In this document: positions 18,993-30,100 of the stretch, piece after piece
Layout: each line of letters starts with the position of its first letter
Position numbering within the stretch: position 1 is the stretch's first letter
DNA from: Elusimicrobiota bacterium
GTDB taxonomy: Bacteria; Elusimicrobiota; Elusimicrobia; UBA1565
NCBI GenBank assembly: GCA_016196755.1
Contig: JACPXC010000005.1
Coordinates: 37,516-101,515 of the forward strand
Reading direction: 5' to 3'
DNA length: 64,000 nt
Translations under genes and position numbers: made by a program
The notes under the pieces: generated by a model
Told to the model about the DNA's origin: nothing
Databases searched by the model: none
What the model saw: the letters and a program-made list of their open reading frames with translations, nothing else

Positions 18993-19927
18993 CCGCGCTC
19001 CGGCCAGACGACGTTCTTGAAGCGGCGGTGCATCCACAGCCACTGCTCGGGCGTCTGGCGCACCCAGGCCTCGACGCGCGCCGCTATGGCCTGGGTGGCG
19101 GCGGCGGGGTCGTCGAGGGCGGGGCCGAGCTCGAGCTCGGGCTCGATGCGGATCGTGCCCTTGCCGTCCTTCCCCCGCAGCGAGTAGGCCGGCACGATGG
19201 CCGCGCCGGTGCGTTTGGCGATCGGCCCGACGGCGGCAAGGGTGTCGACCGATACCCCGAAGAAGCGGACCGGCATGCCCATCGGAGGCCGGGCGTACTG
19301 GTCGTTCATGAACGCCACGCTCTCCTTGCGCATGAGGGCCTTGAGCACGCCCGACATCGAGCCCGGGTGGAAGGTCGCGCGCACGCCGGTCGACAAGCGC
19401 GCGGCGGTAAGGGCCTCGTGGAGCCAAGGCGGCTCGACCACCGTCGTCACGACCGTCAGCGGGATGCCGCTCAAGGCCCCGCGCGCGGCGAGGAACTCCC
19501 AATAGCCCATGTGGGCGGCCACGAAGACGACGCCGTTGCCCTTCGCGGCCGCGCGCCGCCAGTTCTCGAGGCCCTCGATGGCGGTGTTGCGCTCCATGTA
19601 GGTCCGGTAGTGCCCCGGGAAGGGAGAGAAGAAGTGGGCGTACTCGAAGAACAGCATGCCGTAGTGCTCGAAGTTGCGCTCGAGCAGGCGCCGCCGGGCG
19701 GGGTCCGAGAGTTCGGGGAAGCAGTTGCGGAGGTTGTCCTCGGCGATCTTGGACTTGAGCACCCCGAGCGCCAGGAGCAGGCGGCCCAAAACCGCTCCCA
19801 GGACGAGCTCGGCGCGGCGCGGCAGGAAGGTGACGGCCAGGCCGATGCAGAATAGGCCGACCCGGAGCGGGAAGGACAGCAGGGTCGGGAAGGTCTTGCG
19901 CCTCCGGCGAGGCGCCGTCTCGGTCAA
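18989..19927 (-). CDS. lpxL: Lipid A biosynthesis acyltransferase (LpxL/HtrB family)
   Basis: HtrB-family H-x-G-x-W-E motif (AAHMGYWEFL). N-terminal TM anchor. Confidence 0.75.
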   Translation of the reverse strand: MTETAPRRRRKTFPTLLSFPLRVGLFCIGLAVTFLPRRAELVLGAVLGRLLLALGVLKSKIAEDNLRNCFPELSDPARRRLLERNFEHYGMLFFEYAHFFSPFPGHYRTYMERNTAIEGLENWRRAAAKGNGVVFVAAHMGYWEFLAARGALSGIPLTVVTTVVEPPWLHEALTAARLSTGVRATFHPGSMSGVLKALMRKESVAFMNDQYARPPMGMPVRFFGVSVDTLAAVGPIAKRTGAAIVPAYSLRGKDGKGTIRIEPELELGPALDDPAAATQAIAARVEAWVRQTPEQWLWMHRRFKNVVWPERG

Positions 19928-20964
19928 GTCGGGACGCGGCTGATCTTTTCTTCGAGCTCGCGTACCTTAACGAGGAGTTCGGGCAGGCGTTCGAGGGCGG
20001 CGTTCATCTTGTGCATCTGGCGCGCCGGCCGGGCCGGGACGCCGAAGTAGTGGGTCTTGGGCTCGGTGTCCTGCGCCACCGCGGAGAAGCCCATGACGAT
20101 GCTGCCCGCGGCGATCTTGAGGTGGTCCTTGACGATGACCATGCCCGAGAGCATGGCCCCGTCCTCGATGACGACCGAGCCGCCCACCGCGGTGTTGCCG
20201 ACGATGTAGATGTAGCGCCCGACGCGGCAGTTGTGGCCGATGTGCACCTGGTCGTCGAGCTTGGTGTGCTCCCCGATCGTCGTGCTCTCGATGGTGGAGC
20301 GGTCGACCGTGGAGCTGGCGCCGATCTCGACGTGGTCGGCGATGACGACGTTGCCGATGTGCGGGACCTTGTGGCGGCCGTCCGGGGCGTCGTGGAAGCC
20401 GAAGCCGTCGGCGCCGATGACGACGCCGCCGTGCAGGATGCAGTGCCGCCCGATCTCGCAATGATGGCCGATGACGACATTGGGGTAGAGGACGGTGCGC
20501 TCTCCCACTTTAGAGAACGGCTCGAGCACGACGCCGGGGTAGAGCACGGCCCCGTCGCCGACGACGGCGCCTTCCATGACCACGGCGCCGGGGAGGACCG
20601 CCGCCGTCGCGGAGACTTTGGCCGAGGGGTCCACGAGGGCGCCGGCCGCGACGCCCGCGGGGAAGCTCGGGGCCTTGCTGAAGAGCTTGAGCAGGGAGAA
20701 GAAGGTCGGCCGGGAGCCCTTCTCGGGGGCGATCAGCGCGCGCGCGAACTTCTCGGCCAGGGCGGGCGTGGTCAGAACGATCCCGCTCTCGGCGGCCTTG
20801 GGATGGCGCTTGAGGACGGCGGGGGACTCGATGAAGTAGACGAAGCCGTCCTCGAGGGCCGCCTCGGGGCCGAGGCGCTCGATATCGCGCACGCCGAGGA
20901 TCTCGAGGTCCGCGGGGCCCCTGGACTCGACCTTGAGCGATGCCGCCAGCGCGCCGAGGTTCAC
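19924..20964 (-). CDS. lpxD: UDP-3-O-acylglucosamine N-acyltransferase
   Basis: Left-handed beta-helix hexapeptide repeats with the LpxD N-terminal domain. 4-nt overlap with lpxL. Confidence 0.85.
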   Translation of the reverse strand: MNLGALAASLKVESRGPADLEILGVRDIERLGPEAALEDGFVYFIESPAVLKRHPKAAESGIVLTTPALAEKFARALIAPEKGSRPTFFSLLKLFSKAPSFPAGVAAGALVDPSAKVSATAAVLPGAVVMEGAVVGDGAVLYPGVVLEPFSKVGERTVLYPNVVIGHHCEIGRHCILHGGVVIGADGFGFHDAPDGRHKVPHIGNVVIADHVEIGASSTVDRSTIESTTIGEHTKLDDQVHIGHNCRVGRYIYIVGNTAVGGSVVIEDGAMLSGMVIVKDHLKIAAGSIVMGFSAVAQDTEPKTHYFGVPARPARQMHKMNAALERLPELLVKVRELEEKISRVPT

Positions 20965-22493
20965 GCCTGAGAGTTTAGCACGGCGGGCGCCTCGCCGGGT
21001 CCGTCTAGGACCGGCGCCAGCAGCCAGGCCAGCCCCCAGGTCCCGAACGTGCCGATGACGACCAGCCAGCTCCAGCCCAGTCCGATGACCTTCTGCTCGG
21101 AGAGCAGGAGCAGGACGGCGTTGACCGCCGCCATAGCCAGCATGGCGACGACGTTCGATTTGTTGGCGCGCCGCGTCGAGGTCATGCCGAACAGGAATAC
21201 GCCGAGGAGGGAGCCGTAGGTGACCCCGCCGATCTTGAAGGCCAGCCAGAGCATCTTGTCGAAGCTGCTGAGGTACCAGGCGATGGCGCCGAGCAAGACG
21301 GCGAACACGGCTACGCTCAGCCTCGAGACGAGCATGTAGTGGGCCTGGGTGCCGTCGCGCTTGATGAGCGGGCGGTAGATGTCGGTGACGAAGACCGCCG
21401 TCAGCGAGGCCAGCGGGGAGTCGATGGAGGCCATGACGATGGCGGAGAGGACGAGCCCGCGCAGGAAGGCCGGCATCACCGTGGAGGCGAAGTGCGGATA
21501 GATCTTGTCGAGCTGGGCCGGCAGGGGGGAGGCAGGGCTGGCCTGGTAGAAGGCGAACAGGCAGGCGCCCACCGAGAGGAATATGAGCAGTACGACGAAG
21601 GAGCCCAGGATGCTCGAGAGGATGGTCAGCTGGCTCTGTCGGCGGGTCTCAACGGTAAGGAGCTTCTGCACCATCTCGTGGTCGGTGCCGAACGCCGACA
21701 TGGACGTGAAGAAGCCGTTAAGGACGGCCACCAGGATGACGTTGGGGTCCGAGAAGAATTTCTTAAGGAAAGCGGGGTCCGAGAGCCCCGGCCCGAGGTT
21801 GAACAGGTCCAGCCGCCCGGCGGCGGACGCCGAACTCCATACCGCCGGCAGGCCTCCTTCCACGCGGCTGACGATGAAGGCCACGGTCGCCGCGCCGGCC
21901 AGGATGAAGACGACGGCCTGGAGGACGTTGGTCCACACCACGGCCTTGATCCCGCCGTAGCCGATGTAGAGCATTCCGACCACGGTGAAAAGGGCGATGA
22001 CGGGGACGATGTGCCAGTCCAGCAGGACGCTGATGGCGAGGCAAGCGGCCATCAGGCGCACGCCCGAGGCCAACAGGCGCGTCACGAAGAAGAAGCAGGT
22101 GGCCGCGTATTGCGAGGCCGGGCCGAAGCGGTGGCGCAGGAACTCGTAGATGGTCGTGCACCGGTAGCGGTAGAACGCCGGGATGAACAGGAAGGCCACC
22201 GCCACTTTCGCCGCCGAGGAGCCGATGAAGAACTGGGCGTAGTTCCAGTTCTCCCGGAAGGCCGTGGCGGGGACGCCTATGAGGGTCATGGCCGAGATCT
22301 CGGTGGCCACGAAGGACAGGCAGGCCACCCAGACCGGGATCGAGCCCCGGCCGAGGAAGAAGTCCTCGGTGCCGGATTCCTCGCGTCCGAAGTACCAGCC
22401 GATGAAGAACATGAGCGCCAGGAGGCCGGCCAAGAGGCCCCCGTCGGCCATAGTGAGGTTCGTGCCGCCGCCGAACCAGGCAGTGGGTTCCAT
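20961..22493 (-). CDS. Sodium:solute symporter family transporter
   Basis: ~13 TM segments with SSF-type pattern. 510 aa. Confidence 0.85.
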   Translation of the reverse strand: MEPTAWFGGGTNLTMADGGLLAGLLALMFFIGWYFGREESGTEDFFLGRGSIPVWVACLSFVATEISAMTLIGVPATAFRENWNYAQFFIGSSAAKVAVAFLFIPAFYRYRCTTIYEFLRHRFGPASQYAATCFFFVTRLLASGVRLMAACLAISVLLDWHIVPVIALFTVVGMLYIGYGGIKAVVWTNVLQAVVFILAGAATVAFIVSRVEGGLPAVWSSASAAGRLDLFNLGPGLSDPAFLKKFFSDPNVILVAVLNGFFTSMSAFGTDHEMVQKLLTVETRRQSQLTILSSILGSFVVLLIFLSVGACLFAFYQASPASPLPAQLDKIYPHFASTVMPAFLRGLVLSAIVMASIDSPLASLTAVFVTDIYRPLIKRDGTQAHYMLVSRLSVAVFAVLLGAIAWYLSSFDKMLWLAFKIGGVTYGSLLGVFLFGMTSTRRANKSNVVAMLAMAAVNAVLLLLSEQKVIGLGWSWLVVIGTFGTWGLAWLLAPVLDGPGEAPAVLNSQA

Positions 22494-22539
22494 GGCTCAG
22501 GATTATAGCGGTAAGAGGCCGCGGATGGGCGCCGGCTGT

Positions 22540-22815
22540 CTAGCGGTTCTCGCGGGCGTGCCAGATACGCAGGACGAAGAGGGTCTCGGCTTGGATCTCA
22601 TAGCGCACCTCATAATGGGCGACTATGATCCTGCGCACTTCGCGCGGGTGGAACTCGTCGAGCCTCTCTCCTATCCGCGGAGCCGCCAGGAGCCGGGTGG
22701 ACGCGGCGACGAGGGATCGCACTAGGCGGGAGGCCGCGGTCGGGTTCGCTTTGGCCAAGAAGGCATGGAGCCGCGCCAGGTCGCCTTGGGCCTTGGACGT
22801 CCATTTGAGCTTCAA
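22540..22815 (-). CDS. RelE/ParE-family type II toxin
   Basis: 91-aa protein with a RelE/ParE-like pattern (HYEVRYEIQAETLFVLRIWHAREN). Immediately downstream of an RHH antitoxin. Confidence 0.75.
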   Translation of the reverse strand: MKLKWTSKAQGDLARLHAFLAKANPTAASRLVRSLVAASTRLLAAPRIGERLDEFHPREVRRIIVAHYEVRYEIQAETLFVLRIWHARENR

Positions 22816-23076
22816 CTAGCGCTTCTTCGCCTTGGTTTTGCCGAGTCTGGCGGCCCAGGCGCTGACCGTCTCGTGGCCCAGCACGCGGCCGGCGTCTACG
22901 TCGGCCAAGGCTTCGAGCGTGAGGCGTTTCTCGGTCTCTTCCCGGTCGAGCCAGCTGACCAGGGCCTTCTGGATGATCCAGCCGCGCGAGCGCTCCAGAC
23001 GGGCGGAGGCTTGGTCTATCTTCTTGGCGAGGCCTATGGGCACGTGGGCCGTCACGACACGGGTCTGCGCCTGCAT
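22816..23076 (-). CDS. Ribbon-helix-helix (CopG/ParD-like) antitoxin
   Basis: 86 aa with an RHH-like N-terminus. Strong SD (AGGAGG) 7 nt upstream. Abuts the toxin gene. Confidence 0.7.
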   Translation of the reverse strand: MQAQTRVVTAHVPIGLAKKIDQASARLERSRGWIIQKALVSWLDREETEKRLTLEALADVDAGRVLGHETVSAWAARLGKTKAKKR

Positions 23077-23097
23077 GAGATTTCCTCCTAATCAATG

Positions 23098-23114
23098 TTA
23101 ATCATAATGATTAA
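23098..23114. promoter_or_regulatory. Perfect 17-bp palindrome TTAATCAT-A-ATGATTAA in the TA-operon promoter region
   Basis: Read directly: 8-bp arms with a 1-nt spacer, 22 bp upstream of the antitoxin start codon. Probable RHH operator. Confidence 0.45.
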
Positions 23115-23144
23115 TCACGCCGAATACAAGGGCTGGCGCTCATC

Positions 23145-24023
23145 ATGCATCATTCCCGGCCTTTTATGTTAAGAATTACGATGCCCAGCGGCGGCCGGCT
23201 GCCTTACTTCGACATGCTGCTCGAGGGGCGCGCCGCCGGCCATCCGGCCTCCGAGGTCTTGAGCCGCTTCGTGCACTGGGGCTATTGGGAGGACCCGGCC
23301 AAGGCCGACGGCGGCACCGAGGACTTCAAGGCCGCGATGGGGCGCCTCAACGATGAGCTCCTGCGCGAGGCCGGGGTAACCGACGGGCAGGCCGTCCTCG
23401 ACGCCGGCTGCGGCTTCGGCGGTACTTTGGCTGCCATCGACGCGGGTTATAAAGGTATGCGCCTGACCGGCGTCAACATCGACGAACGGCAGCTGGAGGT
23501 AGCGCGCGGGAACGTGCCCGGCCGGGAGGGCAACGCGGTGACTTTCGTCACGGGGGACGCCTGCTCGATGCCGCTCTCCGACGCCGCCTTCGACCGCGTT
23601 CTGGCCGTCGAGTGCATCTTCCACTTCCCGTCGCGCCTGGGCTTCCTGCGCGAGGCGGCGCGGGTGCTCAAGCCGGGGGGAAGGCTCGTGCTCTCGGATT
23701 TTGTCCCCTACGATCCGGCGGCGGCGCCGTCTTGGCCGGGGCGCTGGCTGACCAGAGAGGTCGCCAAGGGCTACGGCTCTCTCGGCTCCGGCTGGCCCGA
23801 CGGGGATTACGCGGCGATGGCGGGGAAGGCCGGGCTCGAGCTCGTCGTGGACCGCGACATCACGCGCCATACCCTGCCGACCTATCCGGTCATGATGGGG
23901 CTGCTTCGTCGAGAAACGGGGCCGGCGGTCGACGCGCTTTTGTGGGCCACCCGCCTGCTCGATTGGTCCTCCCGCCTGGGCTTGGTCCGCTATCGGATCG
24001 CCGCGTTCCGCAAGCCTTCCTAA
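23145..24023 (+). CDS. Class I SAM-dependent methyltransferase
   Basis: Motif I LDAGCGFGG, post-I acidic residue, and VLKPGGRL motif. Confidence 0.8.
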   Translation: MHHSRPFMLRITMPSGGRLPYFDMLLEGRAAGHPASEVLSRFVHWGYWEDPAKADGGTEDFKAAMGRLNDELLREAGVTDGQAVLDAGCGFGGTLAAIDAGYKGMRLTGVNIDERQLEVARGNVPGREGNAVTFVTGDACSMPLSDAAFDRVLAVECIFHFPSRLGFLREAARVLKPGGRLVLSDFVPYDPAAAPSWPGRWLTREVAKGYGSLGSGWPDGDYAAMAGKAGLELVVDRDITRHTLPTYPVMMGLLRRETGPAVDALLWATRLLDWSSRLGLVRYRIAAFRKPS

Positions 24024-24071
24024 GCCATTTAAATGCTGTGTTCATAATGCGAATAATTTGTTGCCTTGGTA

Positions 24072-24099
24072 TTGACATAGAACCGGCCGGGGCTACACT
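24072..24099 (+). promoter_or_regulatory. Sigma70-like promoter candidate (TTGACA-N16-TACACT) ahead of the giant gene
   Basis: AT-richer 120-bp stretch directly upstream of the giant ORF, with a consensus -35 hexamer. Confidence 0.35.
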
Positions 24100-24150
24100 C
24101 ATTAAGGAATCGCTGAAGGGGGCGGGCCGCGGGTGTGAGCCATTCATAGG

Positions 24151-27100
24151 CTGTCGTCTTTCGATCTCAGGACGCGCGTCGCCCTGCTTGCGGGGGCCGC
24201 GCTGCTGGCCATTTTTCCCGCCGACGCCGCGGCGCTGAGCTGTCCCGACGGGTACTCGATCTGCTGGAACACGGGCTTTGACAGCAATTGGAACAACTCG
24301 AATAACTGGACCGACACCGTCACCGGAAACCACCGCGCCGTCACCGGATCCGACGACGCGCTCATCGACGCCGGCTCGCCCACCGTCAACGTCAACGCCG
24401 GCGGCCTGGTCTTCAAGAGCCTGACCATAGGCGCCACGAACTCCGTCACGTTCAATTTGCTCAACACCATCCTTTCAGCCAGCTCCATAACGATCAACAA
24501 CGCCTCGGTGATGAACTTCAGCATCGGTGCGACCACGTTCACCCTTTCTCAAAACCTCACCCTGAACAACACCGCCAAGATCCAGCCTACGGGCAACGCT
24601 TCCAATGCGATCCAGCTTCAAATCAACGGAAACCTCTTCTTGGCCTCGGGCGCGAGCATCGATGCTACCGGCACAGGTTACCTGGGCGGCGGCGGCGCGG
24701 GTGCGGGCACGGGGGGAGGCGGCGGAGCCTTTGGCGGCTCCGGCTGCCAAAACGGCGGCGGCGGCGGCGGGGCCTATGGCGGCGCGGGAGCGACGGGCAA
24801 CGCTTCCCCTTTCGCGGCGGGCGGAACCTATAACGGGTCGTTGACGAATCCCGTTTCCTACGGCTCGGCGGGCGGCGCCGGCTACATTTGCAGCGGGCAA
24901 AGCCTCGGCGGCAACGGCGGCGGGATCGTTTCCATCAACGTGCAGGGGACGCTTACGTTATCCGGAAGCGTAAAGGCGAACGGAAACGTCGGCGGCACCG
25001 GGAGCGGAAACGCCGGCGGGGGCGGGGGGGCTGGGGGCACGATCAACATCAACGCCGCCAGCGTCACGGGAAACGGCGTGCTGCAGGCCAACGGCGGCAA
25101 CGCAGCGGGGAATCCATTGGGCGGCGGCGGCTCGGGAGGCCGCGTGCGCCTCGTCATCACCGGTTCCGACTCATACACGGCGGCGAACCTCAACAGCATC
25201 CGCGCCGTGGGAGGAACGGGGAGCGCGACGGCCGCCCCCGGACCGGTCTACATCACGACTCCGAGCCAGAGGATCCTCAAGATTCACAATATGGGCACGC
25301 TGCCCGGAGCCGACACGACCGTCGACAGCGCCTTCAGCGGCATTATGTTCGATACGGTCACTATCGCCGACACCGACGTCGCCTGGGTGGCGAACAGCTC
25401 CATCAACGCCACCAACATCGTCGTCGCCGGGACGGTGAGCTTCAGCAATTCGAATTGGGTCTTCTTAAACGGGCTCACCGATTTCCAGGGCGTGGTCAAT
25501 ACTAATGCTCTGCTCAACGTCACAGGGAATGCCACTTTCAGGAATGCCGTCAGCGTTGCCAGCGTCGTGAACATCAATGTGGTTGGCGATCTTACGGTGA
25601 ATGCCTCTATTTTCTCTAGCGCGGGCCGCGTTACGATGAACGCCACGGGTGATATCTCGTTCCCGGCGTCGGCTAGCATCACTGAGGACGGCTTGGGCTA
25701 CATAGGTTCCGGCGGCGCTGGCGCAGGGGCGGGGGGAGGGGGCTTTGGCGGTTCCGGCTGCCAAAATGGCGGCGGCGGAGGGGGCGGACACGGCGGGGTC
25801 GGTTCCGCTGGAGCAAACTTTCCAAACGCCGCCGGCGGAGTGGTCAATGATGTGGCAGGCAACCCGGTCCTTTTCGGCTCCGCGGGCGGCGCCGGCTACA
25901 TTTGCAGCGGCCAAAGCCTCGGCGGTAGCGGCGGCGGCGCCGTTTCGATCACCGCGCAGGGCAACCTTTCGGTTTTCGGACCCATAAAAGTCAACGCTAA
26001 CAATGGCGGGACCGGCGGCGGCAATGCGGGCGGAGGGGGCGGGGCCGGAGGCACCATCAATCTCTATGCGCTCGGAGCAATCTCGGGCAATGCCGTCCTC
26101 CAGGCGAAGGGCGGCAACGGGGTCGGCAATCCGCTGGGCGGCAACGGCGGAGGCGGCATCATCGCCGTAGCCGCCAGGGGTGCCAACACGTTCAACTACG
26201 TCAACGCCAACGTCGGCCCCGGCTCCGGCGGCAACGGTTCCGGCGGTTCGGGAGTCGTGTTCCCCGAGCAACCCACCCTAGGAGGCCACCAGGCCGGTCA
26301 GGTCACCAACAGCTTCGTGGTCGGCGACGCCACCCACACGCTGTTCAACTTCAGGCTCACGCCGGCCGGCTCCAACTCCGTGGTGATCGACACCGTGACC
26401 TTCACGCTCTCGAGCATCACGCGCCTGACCGCCTCCAACTTCCTGACCGCCCAGATGGCGGTCGACGGCAACGGCAACGGGCGCTACGACGTCGGCGAGA
26501 CGATCGTCGGCGGCAGCGGCGCCGTCGATATCACGGGGGCCAATGGGACGATCAGTTTCACGCAGCAGATCGTCCGTCCGCCACCCGCGCTGACCGAGTT
26601 CGTGCTCTTTTCCACCATGACCGATATGGCCAACTTGGACGCGGTCACAGTCTCCCTGCCCGCCGCCAGCCTCGCCGTCTCCAGCGCTGTTGCGACCAGA
26701 GGCGTCGTCTACGCCGCCGTCTTGGGCTCCGTTTCCAACGCCGTCCAAACCTACGCCGACGTCGAGCGCCCCGGCCCCATCACCACGCTCACCGGCGTGC
26801 CGGGCGCCGGGATCAACGCGGTCAACCTGAGCTGGACCGCCCCGGCCGACAACACCGCTCCCTGGCATTACCCGCGCGGCCGCCTCATGACCGGCTCGGC
26901 CAACGCCGCCTACTGGAAGGTAAAATACACGACCAGCGCCGCCGACGCCGCCGCCGGAACCCTCTGGCTCTCCACCGGCGCCGCCCAGCTCGTCATCGCC
27001 ACGACGACCGTCAACGTCGGCAGCGTCCACAGCACCACCACCTCCGGCCTCATCTCGGCCGGCGCCACCTATTACTTCCGGATGTGGGCCGAGGACGCCG

Positions 27101-30100
27101 CGCGCAGCACCTCGACCTTGTCCATCGGCGCCACCGCGCAGACCCCGCCGAGCGCCCCCCTGGACCCGGTGCCGGTCGACCCCTCTGCCGTCCTCACGAC
27201 CAACAACAGCATCACCCTCGGCAACTGGGCGCCGGTCCTGACCAGCTTCACGACGGGCTATTGGGCGGAGGCCTCGGTCAGCCCTGGGATGTCGCCGGTC
27301 TTCGCCTCGTCGGTCGTGGCCAACTACACGACGACCTCGGCGCTGTTCGATACCCCGGCGCTCTCGCCCAACACGACCTACTACATGCGGGTCCGGCCCA
27401 TAAACCCCTACGGGACGACCGGCCCGAACTCGGCGGTGACCAGCACGGCCACGCTGACGAACGCCCCGGCGGCGGCGGCGGTCTCCTTCACGGCCATCCA
27501 GAACAACTCGATGTCGGTGGCGTGGTCGCGCAACTCGAACCCGGTCGACATCACTACCTACACGGTCGTGCTCTCTACCGACTCGCCGCTGACCCTGGCC
27601 GCGGCCGGCAACGTCTTCCTTACCACCGCCCCCGCCGGTACCAACCCGGCCGCCACGCTGGGTGGGCTGGCTTCGAACACGACCTACTACCTGTTTGTGC
27701 GCGGCGTCAACCACAACTCGGTGGGCACTTCCTACGTCTTCATGGCCGCCACGGCCACCTTGGCCAACACCCCGGCCGCCACCGGCGTCCCTTTCCCGTA
27801 CATCGGCATCACCTCGATGACGGTCGCCTGGTCCCCCAACGGGAACCCGCTCAACACCTCCAAATACAACGTCATCCTCTCCACCGGGAACAGCTATCCC
27901 AACTCGTTCTCGGGCAACACGATCCTCAACAGCACGACGCCGGTCGGCAATCCTCCGACCGCCACGCTGACGGCGCCGCCGCTCTCGCCGAACGTCACCT
28001 ATTACCTGTACGTCGAGGCCGTCAACCACAACGGCGCCGGCAGCGCGGCGGCCGCCGTGGGGGTCGCGCCCACCTACGCCCAGGTCCCTGCCGCGGCGGC
28101 GACCTCGTTCTTGTCGGTAGGAAAGACCTCGATGACCGTGGCTTGGTCGCCCAACGGAAACCCGCTGCAGGTGACCAGCTACCAGGTGTTCCTGGCTACG
28201 CATACCTCCGGCTGCCTGCCGGGGGTCTACTGCGTATTCTTCGACACCGCGCCGGCCGGCAATCCGCCGGCCGCCACGTTCACGAACCTGGTTCTGCTCA
28301 ACACGACCTATTACCTGTTCGTCCGGGCAATCAACCATGCCGGCGTCTACTCGGACTATCACCTCGGTCCCACCACCGCTACCCTGGCCGCCGACCCCGG
28401 GTCGCTGGGCGCGGCCGGCTACGAGAGCCGCTCCGGCAACGTCCTGCGTGTGTCCTGGAGCTCGGGGACTCCGGGCGGCGGTTTTAATCCTCTGACCACG
28501 CTCTATAGGATAGACCTCTCCCAGCAAGCGAACTTCAGCGTCTTGACGGCGAGCTCGGAGACCTACAACCAGTACGGTGAATTCTCCGGCTTGACCCCCA
28601 GCACGACCTACTACTCCCGGGTCCAGGCTGTAAGCCACCGCGGCTTCCGGACCTCCTTCACCGATCTGCTCAGCGTCTTCTACAAGCGCCTCAACATCTG
28701 GAACTCCGGCTCCAACGGGAACTGGCACACCGGCGGCAACTGGGAGCAGGGGGTGCCGACGGTCGACGACAAGGTCGTCATCAACCGCGCGGTGACGGTC
28801 ACCGTGGCCCCTTCGGCCACCGCGATCGACTTCTACACCCTCGACGTCGGCACCGACGCGGCGGCCACGTTGGTCCTCAACGACGTCAGCTCGCCCTGCA
28901 GCGGAAAGTCCAACTGTACGGGCGTCGGGCTCTCGGTGGGCCCGGGGTCGGTCCTCGATCTGCGCACGATCAAGCCGCTGGCCATCCAGGGCGACGTCAC
29001 CGTCAAGGCCGGCGGCTCGCTCATCCACGCCGCCAACGCGGCCTCCCAGGCCAACGCCATCATCCTCTCGGCCTCGGGCAACGTCACGGTGGAACCCGGA
29101 GCGACCCTCGACGCCAGCGGACGAGGCTACTCGGGCGGCGCGGCCCAGGGCCTCGGCAGCGGCACGGGCGGCGGCGCGGGGACGGCGGTGGCCAACAAGG
29201 GCGGCGGCGGCGGGGCCTACGGCGGCGACGGCGGCAGCGGCGTGGGCGGCGCGGCCGGCGGGACGACCAACGGGCCGATGACCAACCCCATCGACCTGGG
29301 CTCGGGCGGCGGCGGCGGCAACACCGGGGCCGGCGGCGCGGGCGGCGGCCGTATCGACATAGCGGCCGGCGGCGTCCTGCGCGTCGACGGCACGCTCAAC
29401 GCCGACGGCGGCTTGGGCGGCGTCAGCGCCTTCGACGCGGGCGGCGGCGGCTCGGGCGGCAGCGTCAAGCTCGTCGCCGGGACGATCGCCGGCTCCGGCC
29501 TCGTCCGCGCCGACGGCGGCGCCGGCCAGAACGCCGTGGGCTCCTCGGGCGGCGGCTCGGGCGGGCGCATCCTGCTCGAGAACCTCTCCGCGCCGAGCTC
29601 GTTTACCGGCACGCTGCGCGCCATCCATGGGGCAGGCGGCGGCGGCAGCTCCACGGGCGGCGGCGCGGGCGTGGTCGTCCACAAGAACCCGGGGGAGGCG
29701 AACTACAGCCTCATCATCGGCACGGACACCGTCCCCGACTCGAAGACCCGCCTCACCGACGCCGTCATCTTCGCCACCGTGACCGTCCACAGCGCCCGGC
29801 TCGACGTCACGGCCGGTGGCGGCGTGGCGATCTCCTCTCTGCACGTCACCGGGCTGGCCGTCATCGACGCCAACGCGAACGCCCACAGCGTCGTCTACGC
29901 GATCGTCGAGCCGGGGGCGGCCGGCCTGACCTTCAACGACGACTACACGGTCGTGACCTTGGCGGTCTCGGGCTCGACCTTCACGCTGGCCTCGGGCGTC
30001 ACGCTGAGCAACGCCGCTTTCTCGGCGGTGAACGCCGTGCTCAACTTCGAGGCGAACTCCGTGCTGGCGGGCGACTCCGTCGTCATCGCCTCGGCCACGC

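Noticed and set aside
17677-19502. Upstream extension of the gabT ORF to 1,048 aa
   Set aside because: gabT homology begins at MPTLPNK (17676). The extension is antisense to the well-supported secreted protein and lpxL and has junk composition.
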